A stretch of 64,000 nucleotides of DNA, taken from Heptranchias perlo (lineage: Eukaryota). The stretch is from the NCBI RefSeq assembly GCF_035084215.1, contig NC_090337.1, positions 19,592,001 through 19,656,000 of the forward strand, written 5' to 3'. The notes beneath the pieces were generated by a model. The model worked only from the letters and a program-made list of their open reading frames with translations, was not told the DNA's origin and did not search any database. Numbering within the stretch: position 1 is the stretch's first letter; the number at the start of each line of letters is the position of its first letter. Below are positions 10,508 through 24,035 of this stretch, piece by piece. Position numbers and translations under genes: made by a program.

Positions 10508-13389
10508 GGGGTCATTTTAATCCCCTAGGGTGGGTGGGGGTTAAAAATAAAAAGCGGGAATCTGACCCCAACCCGCCCACTTCTGGTTTTAACGGAGGCG
10601 GATCGGGTGGTGAGTGGCCAACTCGTTCCCAGGAGGCTGCGTACCTCCAATTTAACTCAAGTTTTATTTTTAACTCCTGGGGGCTGGGATTCAGATGAAA
10701 GGAGGCGAGAAGGGCCGGATATGTGAGGTAAGTGCCTTTATTGCACTGCTTGTGGGCCAGGAGGAGCAGGAGTGCTTCCCCACGGCCCACCAAGCTTACC
10801 TGTTTACCATCCGCCATCGGCTGACCACCCCCCACTCCGTGATGTCTGACTCCCCCCACACGATGTCTGAATACCACCCCTGCGATGTCTGACTCCCCCA
10901 CACGATGTCTGAATACCACCCCTGCGATGTCTGACTCCCCCCACACGATGTCTGAATACCACCCCTGCGATGTCTGACTCCCCCCACACGATGTCTGAAT
11001 ACCACCCCTGCGATGTCTGACTCCCCCCACACGATGTCTGAATACCACCCCTGCGATGTCTGACTCCCCCCACACGATGTCTGAATACCACCCCTGCGAT
11101 GTCTGACTCCCCCCACACGATGTCTGACTCCCCCACACGATGTCTGAATACCACCCCTGCGATGTCTGACTCCCCCACACGATGTCTGAATACCACCCCT
11201 GCGATGTCTGATTCCCCCCACCGCGATCTTTGACTTGACATCCCCCGTGATGTTTGACTTCCCCCCCATATGTTTGACCTCCCCCCACAATTTCCAATTC
11301 CCCGTGATCTTCGACTCCCCCCGCAATCTCCGACTCCCCCCGCGATCTCCGACTCCCCCCGCGATCTCCGACAACCCCAGCGATCTCCGACTCCCCCCCC
11401 GATCTCCGACTCCCCCCGCGATCTCCGACTCCCCCCGCGATCTCCGACTCCCCCCGCGATCTCCGACAACCCCAGCGATCTCCGACTCCCCCCGCGATCT
11501 CCGACTCCCCCCGCGATCTCCGACTCCCCCCGCGATCTCTGACTCCACCCTACGATGTCCAACTCCCCCCCCGAAATCTGACTCCCTCCCACAATATCCG
11601 ACTGCCCCCCACGATGTCCGACCCCCACCCCTGCGATCTCCGAATCTCCCCTGTGATGTTTGACTGTCCCCACGATGTCTGACTCCCCCCCATCTCTGAC
11701 TCCCCTCCGTGATGTCTGACTTTCCCCGTGATGTCTGACTCCCCCCACCACGATCTCCGACTCCCCCACCACAATGTCTGACTCCCCCGCATGATCAACT
11801 CCACTCCCGCGATCTCCGATTCCCACCCTGGAACTCGGACTCCCCCCACGATCTCCGACTCCCCCCACGATCTCCGACTCCCCCACCGCGATCTCCGACT
11901 CCCCCACCGCGACCTCCGACTCCCCCCATGATCTCCGACTCCCCCACCGCGATCTCCGACCTCCCCCCCACGATGTCTGACTCCCCCGCATGATCAACTC
12001 CACTCCCGCGATCTCCGACTCCCACCCGGGAACTCCGACTCCCCCCACGATCTCCGACTCCCCCCACGATCTCCGACTCCCCCACCGCGATCTCCGACTC
12101 CCCCCCCACGGCGTCTGACTCCCCCCACGATCTCCGACTCCCCCACCGCGATCTCCGACCTCCCCCCCACGATGTCTGACTCCCCCCACGATCTCCGACT
12201 CCCCCCCCCAACGATGTCTGACTCCCCCCCTGCGATCTCTGACATCCCCCCCGCGATGTCTGACTCCCCCCCATAATCTCCCACTATCCCCCGTGATCTC
12301 CAACTTTCCCCTGCGATCTCCGACTCCCCCCGCGATCTCTGACTCCCCTGCAACCTCCGAATCCCCCCAGCGACGTCCGACTCCCCCCGCAATCTTCCAC
12401 TCCCCCCGCGATCTTCGACTCCCCCCGCGATCTCTGACTCCCCCCCGTGACCTCTGACTCCGCCCCGCGACCTTCAACTCTGCCCCGCGACCTCCGACTC
12501 CCCCCGCGATCTCTGACTCCCCCCCCTTGACCACCGACTCCCCCCAGCGATATCCATCTCCCCCCCGAACTTCGACTCCCCCCGCGATCTCTGACTCCCC
12601 CCCATTTCCTCCGACTCCCCCCCGCGATCTCCGACTCCCCCCGCGATCTCTGACTCCTCCCCGTGACCTCCGACTCCCCCCAGCGACGTCAATCTCCCCC
12701 CGCGATCTTCGACTTCCCCCCCGCAATCTTCGACTCCCCCCGCGATCTCCGACTCCCCGCAGCGACGTCCATCTCCCCCCGTGATCTCCGACTCCCCCCC
12801 GCGACCTCCGACTCCCCCTGTGATCTCCGACTCCCCCCCGCGACCTCCGACTCCCCCTGCGATCTCTGACTCCCCCCCATGACCACCGACTCCCCCCAGC
12901 GACGTCCATCTCCCCCCGCGATCTTCGACCCCCCCCTGCGATCTCCGACTCCCCCCTGACCTCCGACTCCCCCCAGCGACGTCCATCTCCCCCCGTGATC
13001 TTCGACTTCCCCCCCACGATCTTCGACTCCCCCCCGTGATCTCCGACTCCCCCCCCCGACCTCCGACTCCCCCCAGCGATGTCTGACTTCCCCCCGCGAT
13101 CTCTGAATCCCCCCGTGATCTCCGACCTCCTCCTCCACGATGTCCAACCCCCCCTGGCAATGTCTGACCTCCCCCACCACGATCAGACCCTCGCGATCCA
13201 AACTCTGAAGACCCCGATCGCTCCCTGTGAATCTGGCTGGTTGTGGGGTGCGAAACCTGTTGAAAAAAATTTAAAACAGGTCCTACTGTCAAAATCAGCA
13301 GGACCTGCCGGAAACCCTTACATCTGGGTTTCCTGTCGGCAAATCTCCCCCCCTGCTCTCTTTCTGCCTTGGAGTTAATATCTAGCCCC
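10508..13389. mobile_element. Harbinger-type MITE inflated by an internal minisatellite
   Basis: Ends GGGGTCATTTTAATCCC / GGAGTTAATATCTAGCCCC (imperfect TIR). CAG flanks both sides (10505-10507, 13390-13392). Shares an internal hairpin with the MITEs at 2735 and 24036. Confidence 0.65.
10841..13185. repeat. C-rich minisatellite (19-22-bp units; 42-43-bp dimer subarray)
   Basis: Unit CGCGATCTCCGACTCCCCC. Near-perfect 42-43-bp unit CGATGTCTGAATACCACCCCTGCGATGTCTGACTCCCCCCACA at 10861-11210. Confidence 0.95.
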
Positions 13390-14874
13390 CAGTTTCTGTT
13401 AGGTCTCCCTGTACTCTGCTGATTTCCAGATTTCCTGACTCTGTAAAAGTCCTGAGTTGCTCTGATGTCACGATGAGAATCCATGGACTTTCGGGCTACC
13501 ATGACATCAGGTGACCGACTTCTGATGTCATCACCTTGACCGTGCAAGGAGGCCAAAAAGTCACAGCCGCTCATGCATTTGTAGGTTAACTGGATTTCCA
13601 GGGCAGCAGCAGGCCTACACAATGGCTTGGACATGTAAATACAGCAGATCGGCACACTTAATTGTTCTCCCATGACCCAGATTATAATAGAAAAGCACCT
13701 TGAGAGTCGCCAATAACACTTCATATATATTCCTGAGCAATTTTTAGGACCACATGGCAATTTTGTACAATATGTTTCTTCATTAAAATGATGTGCCTAG
13801 CATAGGGTAATGGATGCTCAGCAACACAATTCCATCTAGTGTTCTATACTATAAGAAATATATATTGTTCTTGATCACAATTGTGTCCAGTATCCCACTG
13901 AAACTTGGCGATGGAAGAGTAGGGTAAGATAAGTAAATGGGTGAGGTGCGTGACTACAAGACTAAAAGGATAGTAAAAATAGTGTCACATGCAGCAACCT
14001 CTGAAAACAATTTTACTTCCTTGGTTTGGTGCCAATCCCTATATCACAAAGTCATAACTGGTGAAATACACTAAATAAAGAAGTAAATATTAAATCATAC
14101 AGCCATTCGGCCCATCATGCCTGTGCCAGCACTTTGAAAGAGCTATCCAATTAGTCTCACTCCGCTTCTCTTTCTCCATAGCTGTCAATGAACTGCCCCT
14201 CATGGATATTGATTAATTGCACAGAAGTATTCAACACATTTTGCAGACCTTGCTGGAGGAAATCCTCATTGGGGACAAATCCTCAGGAGAAATACAGATA
14301 TTAAAAGATTTTTTGCTTGTTATATAAGACTTCATTTCGATACTATTCTGTTCCTATCTTTACAGAAAACGATGTTCGAATAGTTCACAAACTAAAGAGA
14401 CTTGAAGTACAGCATGTTACTGATGAACAGCCAGGTACAGAGATGGCCCAACACATGCTCGCACAATGGCTTGTCCAAAACTGAAGCAGCTGAAATAATA
14501 TTATTTTTTATTTGAAAGTGATACCAGGACATTATCTGACAAGCTGTGTGTAATGCTTTAACTGTCTGTAACATTATTATTCAGGCCGTGAAACTCAATA
14601 CTAAATGATCTTTCTGATGGCAAATATCTGCAATCAACAGTCATTGTAAAATTAAAAATGGGGATGGGACGTGGCCTTGAAATCATGAACTTTGTTCTTC
14701 TTCTGAACATCATCTGCCAGCTCCTCCTGGACAGTTGCAAAAACTGCAGACTTATGCTGCTCGCTAATCATTTTCCTCCTTAAGATTTTGTTGCTGAGCG
14801 TATTTGTCTGTTGAAAGTAAAACCTATGCACCACTGCTAGCGCCAGAGCTCCACCATACAAAAAAAATAAGATT

Positions 14875-15240
14875 GGAGGGGTGACATAATAGAGGTCTTT
14901 AAAAATTATTTAAAGGTTTGAAAGGGTATATGTAGAGAAGGTGGGGGAGTCCAAAACTAGAGGACATAAATATAAGATAGTCACTGATAAATCCAATAAG
15001 GAACTTAGGAGAAACTTCTTTACCCAGAGAGTGGTGAGAATGCGGAACTTGCTGCCACAAGAAATAGTTGAGACGAATAGCATTGATGCAGTCAAGGGGC
15101 TGCTTGAGGGAGGGAGAAAGGAATAGAAGGACATGTTGCTGTGTTAGATGAAGGAGGCTTATGTGAAGCATGAACACCGGCAGAGATCAGTTGGACTGAA
15201 TGGCCTGTTTCTATGCTGTAGATTCTATGTAATTCCATGT
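14875..15240 (+). mobile_element. CR1 3' fragment
   Basis: GESKTRGHKYKIV..RRNFFTQRVVR followed by a CR1 3' UTR and tail. Confidence 0.85.
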
Positions 15241-17711
15241 AATGATTTAAAATATGGTGGCTATAGTTTATTGATCCATTCCATATTTTGTGTCTGACAT
15301 TTACAGACTGATCATCAGAGGTGAGAGTGACCAGCAGCAATTAGTTGGTACAGGCTGTGGTGGGCCGTGGAGGTTGTTTTGAGTAGTTTTCAGCAGCACA
15401 TTTGAATTGTTCTGAATGACATTTGCCCAGAGTCCTCATTAATTATGGTAACTCTGCTGCTGATGCCAGCCTGTTAGGAGATTATAGGGTGAATTCTGTG
15501 CTTCCATTGGGGAGCCATCTTGGAATGGAGCACAGGTCAAGATAGAGCTGTAACACGAGTCCCGATTGTCTGACCTGTGATCCCTTCAAGTGGGGAATTT
15601 ACCCTAATAAGAGCTATTTTTTTATGAAGGAAATAAAATGGCATTCTTGGGAAAATTCGTTATGGGAGATATTAAGGTAGATGCACTTTTATAGGAAACA
15701 TTATACGGTTTATCATTTTATAGAGGGCATTTTCTCAAGATCCATTTTTTTCACATTTGTAGGAACAATTTTTTGGTAAAATTTTGCACTTATCATAATA
15801 AGGGATGTCAGTCCCGATACATAGAATATTCTCCCTCTTTTCAGGGAAAGATGGTGACTTCACATGTTCCAACTGTGTTCTTTGCAGGAGGGAAATATGT
15901 GCCTATTGTGTGCATTTCATGTCTTCCATCATTCAATGTGTGTACTTCTTACCCTGTGGTCATGTGCCTCTGATAGGCTTCTTTTTGGTATCAAAAGAAT
16001 TGATGGAAGGTGGACAATTCAACTGAGGATCTCCTGGTTGTCCAGAGGGAATAGTGAAGATATCAGCAGTGTAATCCTAAATTGTCCTACTGCAGTTTGT
16101 TTTAAGTTATGTCTGCTAGAAAACTGCTGAGAGGAATCAGGGAGAAACAAAATGGAAGCACATCCATATATGGGTTAAATGGGCTACAGTGTCACTGATT
16201 GGCTGAGGGTGGATGATGTCATGGTCATGTGGCTGCTACATGGTGTGAAGGATATATAAAGAACTGCCTTAAAGAGGACAGGCAAAGCAGGAGCAAAGGA
16301 ATAGACAGTTTCAACACATAATTGGGGTAATAGCTAACTTTTCTATTTATTGCACTTGATCATTAAAATTATTGATTACTATACTGGTTGTCTTGTCAAT
16401 CTGATCTACAGCAGCAATCCCTAATGGTGCAGTAGCAGGGCAGAAAGTGTTTTGAATAGTTACGATAGAGGACTCACTTATGTAAACATTCTCCCCCTCT
16501 CCTTGTAATTGGGGCACATCTCTAAGGGATGGGATGTCCATCCATTGTGGAGCTATGCCCCAGATGATCTTCGAAACTCCGGGTTATTTAAGTACAAGAG
16601 GCAGGTCCGCTCCTCCTCTTCAGCCAACGCAAAGCCATGGTCTGTGAGCACTTACACGGACCCTGGCTGCGAAAAAAAAATTTCTGCTCCCCTTTCTCCC
16701 CCCCACCCCCCCCACCTTGACCATTGAACGCTGGATGTCTGGGCCTAAACTGACACCCCTGGTGTCCAGTGTTCATAAAAGACTCAAATTACAGGAAATA
16801 TATGGAGGATGTGTTTCCCTCATTTACATTAATTTCACATGTGCCAGATTATGTAGAGGTAGGCACAGTTTATGCTACGGTGCACTGGCAATGCAGAGGA
16901 CAACCCCAAACACTTCTCGGCCCCCTGCCTGCCCCAGAACTGCCTAAAAAATGTCTGGGGGGTGGGTGGAAAGTCTAGGCTGCTGTCTTGAGGGGAGCAA
17001 CACATGATATGTGATAAGGCTGTCCTTCACATGACCAGTCTGTTTATGGATGAGTGCCAGTTTTCTGAGGAAAGGCCTCCGTACTTCCATAAGATCATGG
17101 TTGACTGCATTCTTTCTCCAAAACTGTCCAGCCCTTACAGCAGGACTTCTTGCGTAGTCACCACATGTCAGGCAACAGCAGTCAGAGTGGTTTGGAGGAA
17201 TCCCAAAATTGTTGATATTTTTTCAGGATCATGATCCCAATGTCTGAAAATGGAATGTTCTTGATCTCCATGGATCAAGTTAGGACAGCCACATACAGGT
17301 TGGGGGGGTTGATACTACTGTCCAGTCTGGCTAGGATTAACTGTTCCTTCCTGGTTTTCCTTTCGCTCTTAAGGACCACACACAAGCACTGAGATTTTTT
17401 TGTAAGGAATGAAAAGTTTTGGATTATGTTATAGAGCTCATGAATTACAAGGCCAGTTTGATAGGTCTGGGTAAAGTAGGCTGGCTCAGCAAAACCACAC
17501 AGAATAGTAACATTAATGGTTCTGCATAGGGACATTCAGCTCGGCAACAATACACAGTGTGGACAATCACAGAAAACATAGATAGCAGTGTCAGGATCTT
17601 GTATTAACTATAAATGAGCTCAACTCACTTCGTTGCCTGAAATTTGCTAAGTATGAGCAGACGTTTTGATACCAAATTTTCTTTTTTGAATATTTTGTCC
17701 ACTTCCAATTC

Positions 17712-18106
17712 ACTTCCCTCCTCTCCTGAAGACAGTTACTTATGTTGGGATATGGCTCCATGGACACCACATGTCGACAGCACTTTGGTACATCAACCAA
17801 GTGGCCAGTGTTCATGTATGAGCCTAGATGACAAGTCAATTTGATGGTGGGGTGCTTCACAATTGAGGGAGTCTTATCCTTACTTGACATGCGCACATAC
17901 ATTTTCTAGCAGGGGCCACTGAATAGTGGTCATTAGTGGGAACCCCAGTTGCTTTTCCCCTCTCTATCCCAGAGGTGCTGAGGCAAAGTCCCTACTGCAA
18001 TGCCTATTGAGATCAGCTAACTCAGCACAGACGAGGAATGAAACCTGAGACTTTTTTGGTATGTATGGCTCAGTCACACACTGTGTTTGACAACTGAGCC
18101 AATGGG
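17712..18106 (-). mobile_element. tRNA-derived SINE (diverged)
   Basis: Minus-strand head TGGCTCAGTTG...CAGGTTTCATTCCT...GTCTGTGCTGAGTTAGCTGATCTC. Related fragments at about 19720-19832 (-) and 40745-40880 (+). Confidence 0.6.
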
Positions 18107-19024
18107 TTGGGGGGTGGGGAAACTTGATGCTAGCTTTTCAATGGAAATTGTAAGGAGGTCTCTATAGTTGGATTGAAGATATAAGTGCTAGAGTTGGTGA
18201 GCCTTGCACAGGTCAGCAGTAAGAAAATAGGAATTCAGGCTTTGCCAAACTACCATCATGTTGGATATTCTTCTTGCTTTGGGAGGCCAGTAGTGGTGAG
18301 TGTTTGGACTGGTTCTGGTTTTCATGAGTTTTGAATTTCTCGAGCAAGGATGCGAAGTATTTTTCATCCTTGGCTGCAAATGTTTTTCTGCTTTCTTATT
18401 CGTCTTGCACTGGGTTTCCAGGATTCTGTGCTTTGTAATTACTTTTAATTCTTTTTTGACAAATGGCCACTTCCTCCAGGCTGCAGTTTATTGGTTTAGG
18501 GTCATTTTTTTCTGCCACCTGTTAAACCTTGGACGTCATGCTGTTGCCCGAAGCCATCCATCTGCTGCTGCATGTTGTCTTTCTGGAGCTAGGGAGACTT
18601 TTATATTTATCAGATTTAATCTTTTCCTTCACAGTTTCTGTTATCAAATAGGGTATTGGCACATACCCTCACACGCTAAAATGTGAACTACAGGCGATTA
18701 GGCAATATATTGGGTTGAGATACCGTCCTTCACCACGAGCATTTGAATTGCAATCCATCCCATGCTGAAAGCCAGTTATAAAAGTCTGATGTGAAATAAG
18801 TTTGGATCAGTCCACAGTGGGGATTTAGGGTGGTGTTTGAAACTCGATATAAAGCTGGTTGAAGGGTGAGAAGCATAGGATATGAGGAGGTGAAAGGTGT
18901 AATATTGGAATTTCCCTTGATTTTCCACTGCTATACTGCCTGATTTTGGATGATAGAATGCAGGAAAATCCAGTCCAATGAGTGGAGGCAATTAAAAAAA
19001 GTGAACAAATGGCTGAAATGCAAA

Positions 19025-19710
19025 ATCAGAACAACGAAATACAAGGGTGCTGAGGTTATGCTGCGATTGTACAAAGTATTCCTCAGGCCATACTTGGAAT
19101 ACTGCATACAATTCTGGTTATCATGGTGTAAAAATAATGTGCATGTATTAGGGTGCAGAGAATCACAACTGGAATGATTCCAAGTGAAAGGGAGATGAAC
19201 CATGAGGAAAGATTAGAAAATATCTATTTTAACAACCAGGGAGAAGACAGCTAAAGGGGGACCTCACTGAGGTTAATGAAAAATTAAAGACTGGAAAAAA
19301 TTAATATGTACGATATTTTTGTATGAACACTTAAACACCCACTTATCAAATTCCTCTCTCTTGCTATTTTAACGTAGGTGATAACCCATTTATTTTAAAA
19401 AGGTTAGTGCTTCCGTTAAAATAGCAGGCAGAAAAATGTGATCAGACATGTTAAGCATTTATACGATTGTTCAGTTATTTTCAGGCTGTAATGACTTTGC
19501 TAAGGTGAATGCAGAATATTACTTCAAAGTAAGACATTCTAGTAAGACAAAATTTCATAAGCGTAAACTAGTGAAAGGGTGATAAATTTCTGGAATAATC
19601 TCCCAGGCAGAGTTTTGGAGGTGCAAACTTTAGGAGCACTTAAGACATAGTCAGATATTAAGCTGGGGTAGTTAGGTATTAGAAGGAAGAGGCCCATGAA
19701 AGCTAATTGT
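19025..19710 (+). mobile_element. Old CR1 fragments
   Basis: KYKGAEVMLRLYKVFLRPYLEYCIQFW followed by degenerate downstream CR1 sequence. Confidence 0.7.
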
Positions 19711-22509
19711 AGCATCCTTCCCGTTATCTCAGCTGAGACCGGATAACTCACCACAGACTAGGCACTGAAGTTGGGACATAGCTAGTTTGTTATGGATCAG
19801 CTACACACTGGGTAAACTCACTGAGTCATTGGAGGAACTACACAGTATTTATTTTTAATGCTGCCATGTGCTTTTTATTCTTGTCAGGATCAGGAATATT
19901 GATTTTACTGATGAGGAAACATGCCTAGGTGTAGAAGATTCACCTTGAAAAGTTCACCAGCAAACTTGAGGAAAAATATCTCAACAGATGCTATTCAAAT
20001 TCTGCACAGATTTCCACTATTTCTGCTGTGAATCGATAAGGAGGGTTAGTTAATCTTTCAAAAGATGTTCTTTTAAGTAGGTCAAATTAATGATAATGGT
20101 ATGTTTCCACCCACCGAAGTGCTGACTCTGAAGCTCAGTTCTCAGACAGTGTCGCAGAGACAATCCCTATCTGAAAACTCCCCCAAATTATGTCTTTAAG
20201 AAAAATGAGGAGCTGCCAAAAAATTCCAACAACCGAGATAAGATAGTAAAATATTTTCATATTCATTTATTGACTATCAGCTATTATTTAATATTGGTAA
20301 TCTATTCCATAGTTTATTTAGATAAAAACATGACACAAAGAGGACTGCAGTGCCTGATGGTCCGAGACAGGCCATGAGGGATTGAGACATAGTTTCATTA
20401 ATAAGATGAAAAGGATTTGAAATGACCTGTAACTGATATTCCGTGAAAGACGGGGCTCATGCACATAACATCCAAACAGGAAACATGTGAAAACACCATG
20501 ACCTAGTCTGTGTTTGACAAGATTAACCCTTAAACTAAGATAAACATAATGTCAATATTAAGAATGTAATACAGTAGGAACTGGCTTACAAGAAACACTC
20601 CAATAAAATGAAAACCGAAGAGCCATTTTATGCGGCGATAATGAAAAACATGTCACTTTTCGAGCCAGACAAGGTTTAGAACTTAGAGTAAGTTTTGCCC
20701 AATGCTTCCTATTTGAAACTACATTACAGGTCAGTGTCAGGGTTCCTAGTCAGTTGGACATTTTCAGTAGCAGGTTAGCAGTGATCGTGCTTGAGGGACA
20801 GGTGTGCTAAAGTACTTATGAAGTTGTGGGTAAGGATGCAGACAAGAACAGGGTTTATGGAATACAGTGTGTGGGTTCTGCAAGGTGAGAGGAGATTGAA
20901 CTAAAACCTAGCTCCATTAAATAAGCAAACCCCAGGATGATCCTGGAGTAGGGCGTAAAATTCTCTGCTTTTCTTAGCGCCATGGGATCGTTTACGTCCA
21001 TCTGAATAGGCTGACTATTCAGTTTAATAGCTCATCCGGAAGATGACAGCTTCGACAATACAGCGCTCTCTTGGTACTAAGTGGATGAATTGTGTGCAAT
21101 AAGGATCATAGGCCTCATTTCCTGCTTGCTAAGGTTCTAAACTCTGGTTATTAGGACTGAACTCTGATTCAGTTTGCTTAACTTCATGCTGGACTTGTAT
21201 TCTGCTGTTTCTGATTGGAAAATGCTGTGCTCACACATGTTCCAAAGTTGTGCAGTTTACATGAAATATTACTCGATTAAGTGTCCTAACACTCAGAAAC
21301 TTGCCCCTGCCCTGTGTGCTTTATAAATTGCGCTACTAACCAAGACCAATAGATACTAATAAACAGCAAGAAATTGAATGGGCAGTGCTTTCACTGAAGG
21401 AACCTTTCTGTCCTCCTGGTGGTCGGTTCGTGGTGCTGGTGAATTGTGTTTTTTTTTAACATATCTGTAGACTTGTAACTAAACCTTGGTTTGGCCCCAA
21501 AAGGGTGACCTTCAGCACTGTTAGTCATCCACACATACAACTGTTACTTTGTTAGAAACTTGACAATTTTATGTAATGTTACCCATAATAGGGTATGAGA
21601 AAAGCAATCTTTACACTGACAGACTAATCAAACACAACTATTGTGCAATGAGAAGTAATTCGGAGGCAGGCAATTTTTAAATTATCAGATAGAATCTTAA
21701 ACCTGCAAACAACTAAGTCTGGACAAAGTCTTATATAGAACCCCTAATGGAGACCTAGCATGTTCCCTTCTGTTTATACAAGCCCTGACATTTAACTTTA
21801 ATTTACACACTTTAAATGTCTGTCATATTCTCTGCCCTTTATAAAATGGTGGTTGTACATTATTGGGTGTGCAAGCAGTTTAGCCACACCAGTAACATAA
21901 AGTCATCTCTTTTATTCCCCAAAAATGCAAATTAAAGTGTAGAACTGTTGAAACCTTCCACGTGGAAGGGAGGTTACTGAGTCAGCCTGAGCTTCTGAAC
22001 TCCCACTGCTCATCACTTTCTTTGGTGTTGTCATTGTGGTTTCTGATACTTTCGCACATGCCTGAATGTTAATGCCTTGGAGATATGGGATAAAAATTCC
22101 TCTTCTGTGCTCCTGGTACATATTAGGAACGTGTATGGCAAAATTGTGCACTCGCTGCCTGTCAATTGCTCACCCTGGCCCCACAAAAATAATTATTTCA
22201 CCTACCTTTTGAAGGCCTCCGCTTCTTGGCTGACAGGTTCTACTGAGTGGAGCATCCACAGCAGACGCCTCCCTCAGTAGGCTGTAAAAATAGTTTTGGG
22301 GTTCTAGCTACATGATAGGTCCCTGATTTAAATGTATCCATGCAGTTCCCGCTTGAGTCAGGTTGGCACCTCAGCCGCTTATTAAACCAGCGATGGGAAG
22401 GTGGGGTGGAAAACCGGTGGTAAGTCTACCGCTTAGATTCTAACTTCGGTATCACCCTGTTTCTACCGGGTGGAGGGAGTTAAATTCCTCCCTTGTGATT
22501 CTCGAACTA

Positions 22510-22795
22510 ATCGCCTTGAATGCTATCCACAAAGAGGAATTCATCCAGTCCTTTCTTTAAAACCCACCATGGTTTTCTGTTCCTCTGGTAATCTACTCCC
22601 TGTTCCTATCACCGTCTTACTGAAAGAATATTGTCTAAATTTCTCATTTTCTTATGACACCCTTAACTTTAAACTGTGCCCCTTAGGCCTCAAATCCTGT
22701 GTCCAAGAGAAGCACTTTCTTGGCTCTGATATCTTATCCCTGGAAACATTAAGGACCTCTGTCAAGTCCTCCCTCACCTTCCTCTACTCAAACGT
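22510..22795 (-). mobile_element. Old CR1 fragment
   Basis: Reverse complement resembles the CR1 C-terminal region (RGHSLK, VIGTGSRLP-like). Confidence 0.5.
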
Positions 22796-23624
22796 TAAAA
22801 GTAACATTACCATGTTGATAATATTGTATAGATATATAGCATTTAAAAATAATATTCAAATAGTTAAAAGCAAAGTGCTTCATCAATACTGCTTATGCTA
22901 CCACCAGCTCAGTGTACCTCCTCCTTCATCCCCAACCCCTCCAGCAGACACAAGAAGGAAATCAACTGCTCTCATGAAACCAGCTGACAATCCGAGTCAA
23001 ACCTGGAATTATGCAGAGGTCTAGGAACACATTTTATTACTGTCAGTATCAACACTGTAGAGAAATAGTGAGGCACAGAGGGAGTCATACTGAGGAGTAA
23101 GCGGGAAATATAAAATACTTAAAAATAAATAAACTGGGGATCAATACAATTCTAGGTCGACTTTGTTCACTAAGTTATTTCTCCATCCCATATTTTCTTT
23201 TTATTTTATTTTTCCTATATCTGTTTTAGAACTTCCTGCATGATGCACCGTTCCCTAGACTGAGGGTCAGATAGGCTACTTGCTTCCAGGCTTCAGACCG
23301 TTCTGCTTTATCAGTAGAAGGATAAGAGTGCAGCCCTTTTAGGAACACCTTGCCGTGGATCTTTGCAACTCCCCCCAGTGGCCTGGCTCAGATTGGGAGC
23401 TCTCTCTTTGGTGCCTTGCAGGTATCTACCAGTCCGCAGCATAGCATACTGGTCCCCCAGTGCAGTGCTCCACAGGGCTGCCCAAGCTCTAGAATTTGTT
23501 TTTGTGGAGGAGACGTGAGTATCAAAAAGATGCTTGTAGCAGAATAACATATGGGATCTACTGCAGCAATATGGACTTTTTCACACCATTGACCTAGTAG
23601 AAAATGGTAATGGCTAAATAAAAC

Positions 23625-24035
23625 AAGAAAGAAAGAGAGAAAGACTTCAGGATATCCTACAGCACTTAATAGCCAATGAAATACTTTTGACGTGTAGTCA
23701 CTGTTGTAATATAGGAAACACAGCAAGGTCCCACAAACAGCAATGAGATGATCACCAGATATCTGTTTTAGTGGTTTTGGTTGAGGTATAACTATTGACC
23801 AAGACACCAGGGAGAACTCCCCTTCTCTTCTTCAAAATAGTGCCATGGGATCTTTTACCTCAGAGGGCAGACAGTGCCTCGGTTTAACATCTCATCTGAA
23901 AGATGGCACCTCCGACAGTATGGAATTCTCTGGAGTGTCAGTCTAGATTTTGTGCTCAAGTGTCTGGAGTGGGACTTGAACCCATGACCTTCTGACTTAG
24001 AGGTGAGAGTGTTACCCACTGAGCCACAGCTGACA
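23625..24035 (-). mobile_element. Near full-length Deu-domain tRNA-SINE (SacSINE1-like)
   Basis: Pol III A box TGGCTCAGTGGG and B box GGGTTCAAGTCCC (23971-23983). Deu-like core GATGAGATGTTAAACCGAGG...AAAAGATCCCATGGCACTATTT. (TTTC)n tail. Confidence 0.85.

Noticed and set aside
10512-13760. Long Gly/Arg/Ser-rich ORFs (737, 428, 261 and 250 aa)
   Set aside because: They are translations of a stop-poor minisatellite, open in several overlapping frames.
14652-14807. Minus-strand terminal exon candidate TNTLSNKILRRK...HPHF*
   Set aside because: The acceptor is plausible, but there is no homology or linked exon to support it.
15845-16026. Cys-rich zinc-finger-like exon (CSNCVLCRREICAYCVH)
   Set aside because: The spacing matches no family I recognise, and TG-rich DNA readily yields Cys codons.
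18210-18640. Purine-rich, coding-like minus-strand stretch
   Set aside because: The best frame has two internal stops and no recognisable motif, so it cannot be called a gene or pseudogene.
23960-24035. tRNA gene
   Set aside because: The A and B boxes are the head of a Deu-SINE continuous with its body and tail.
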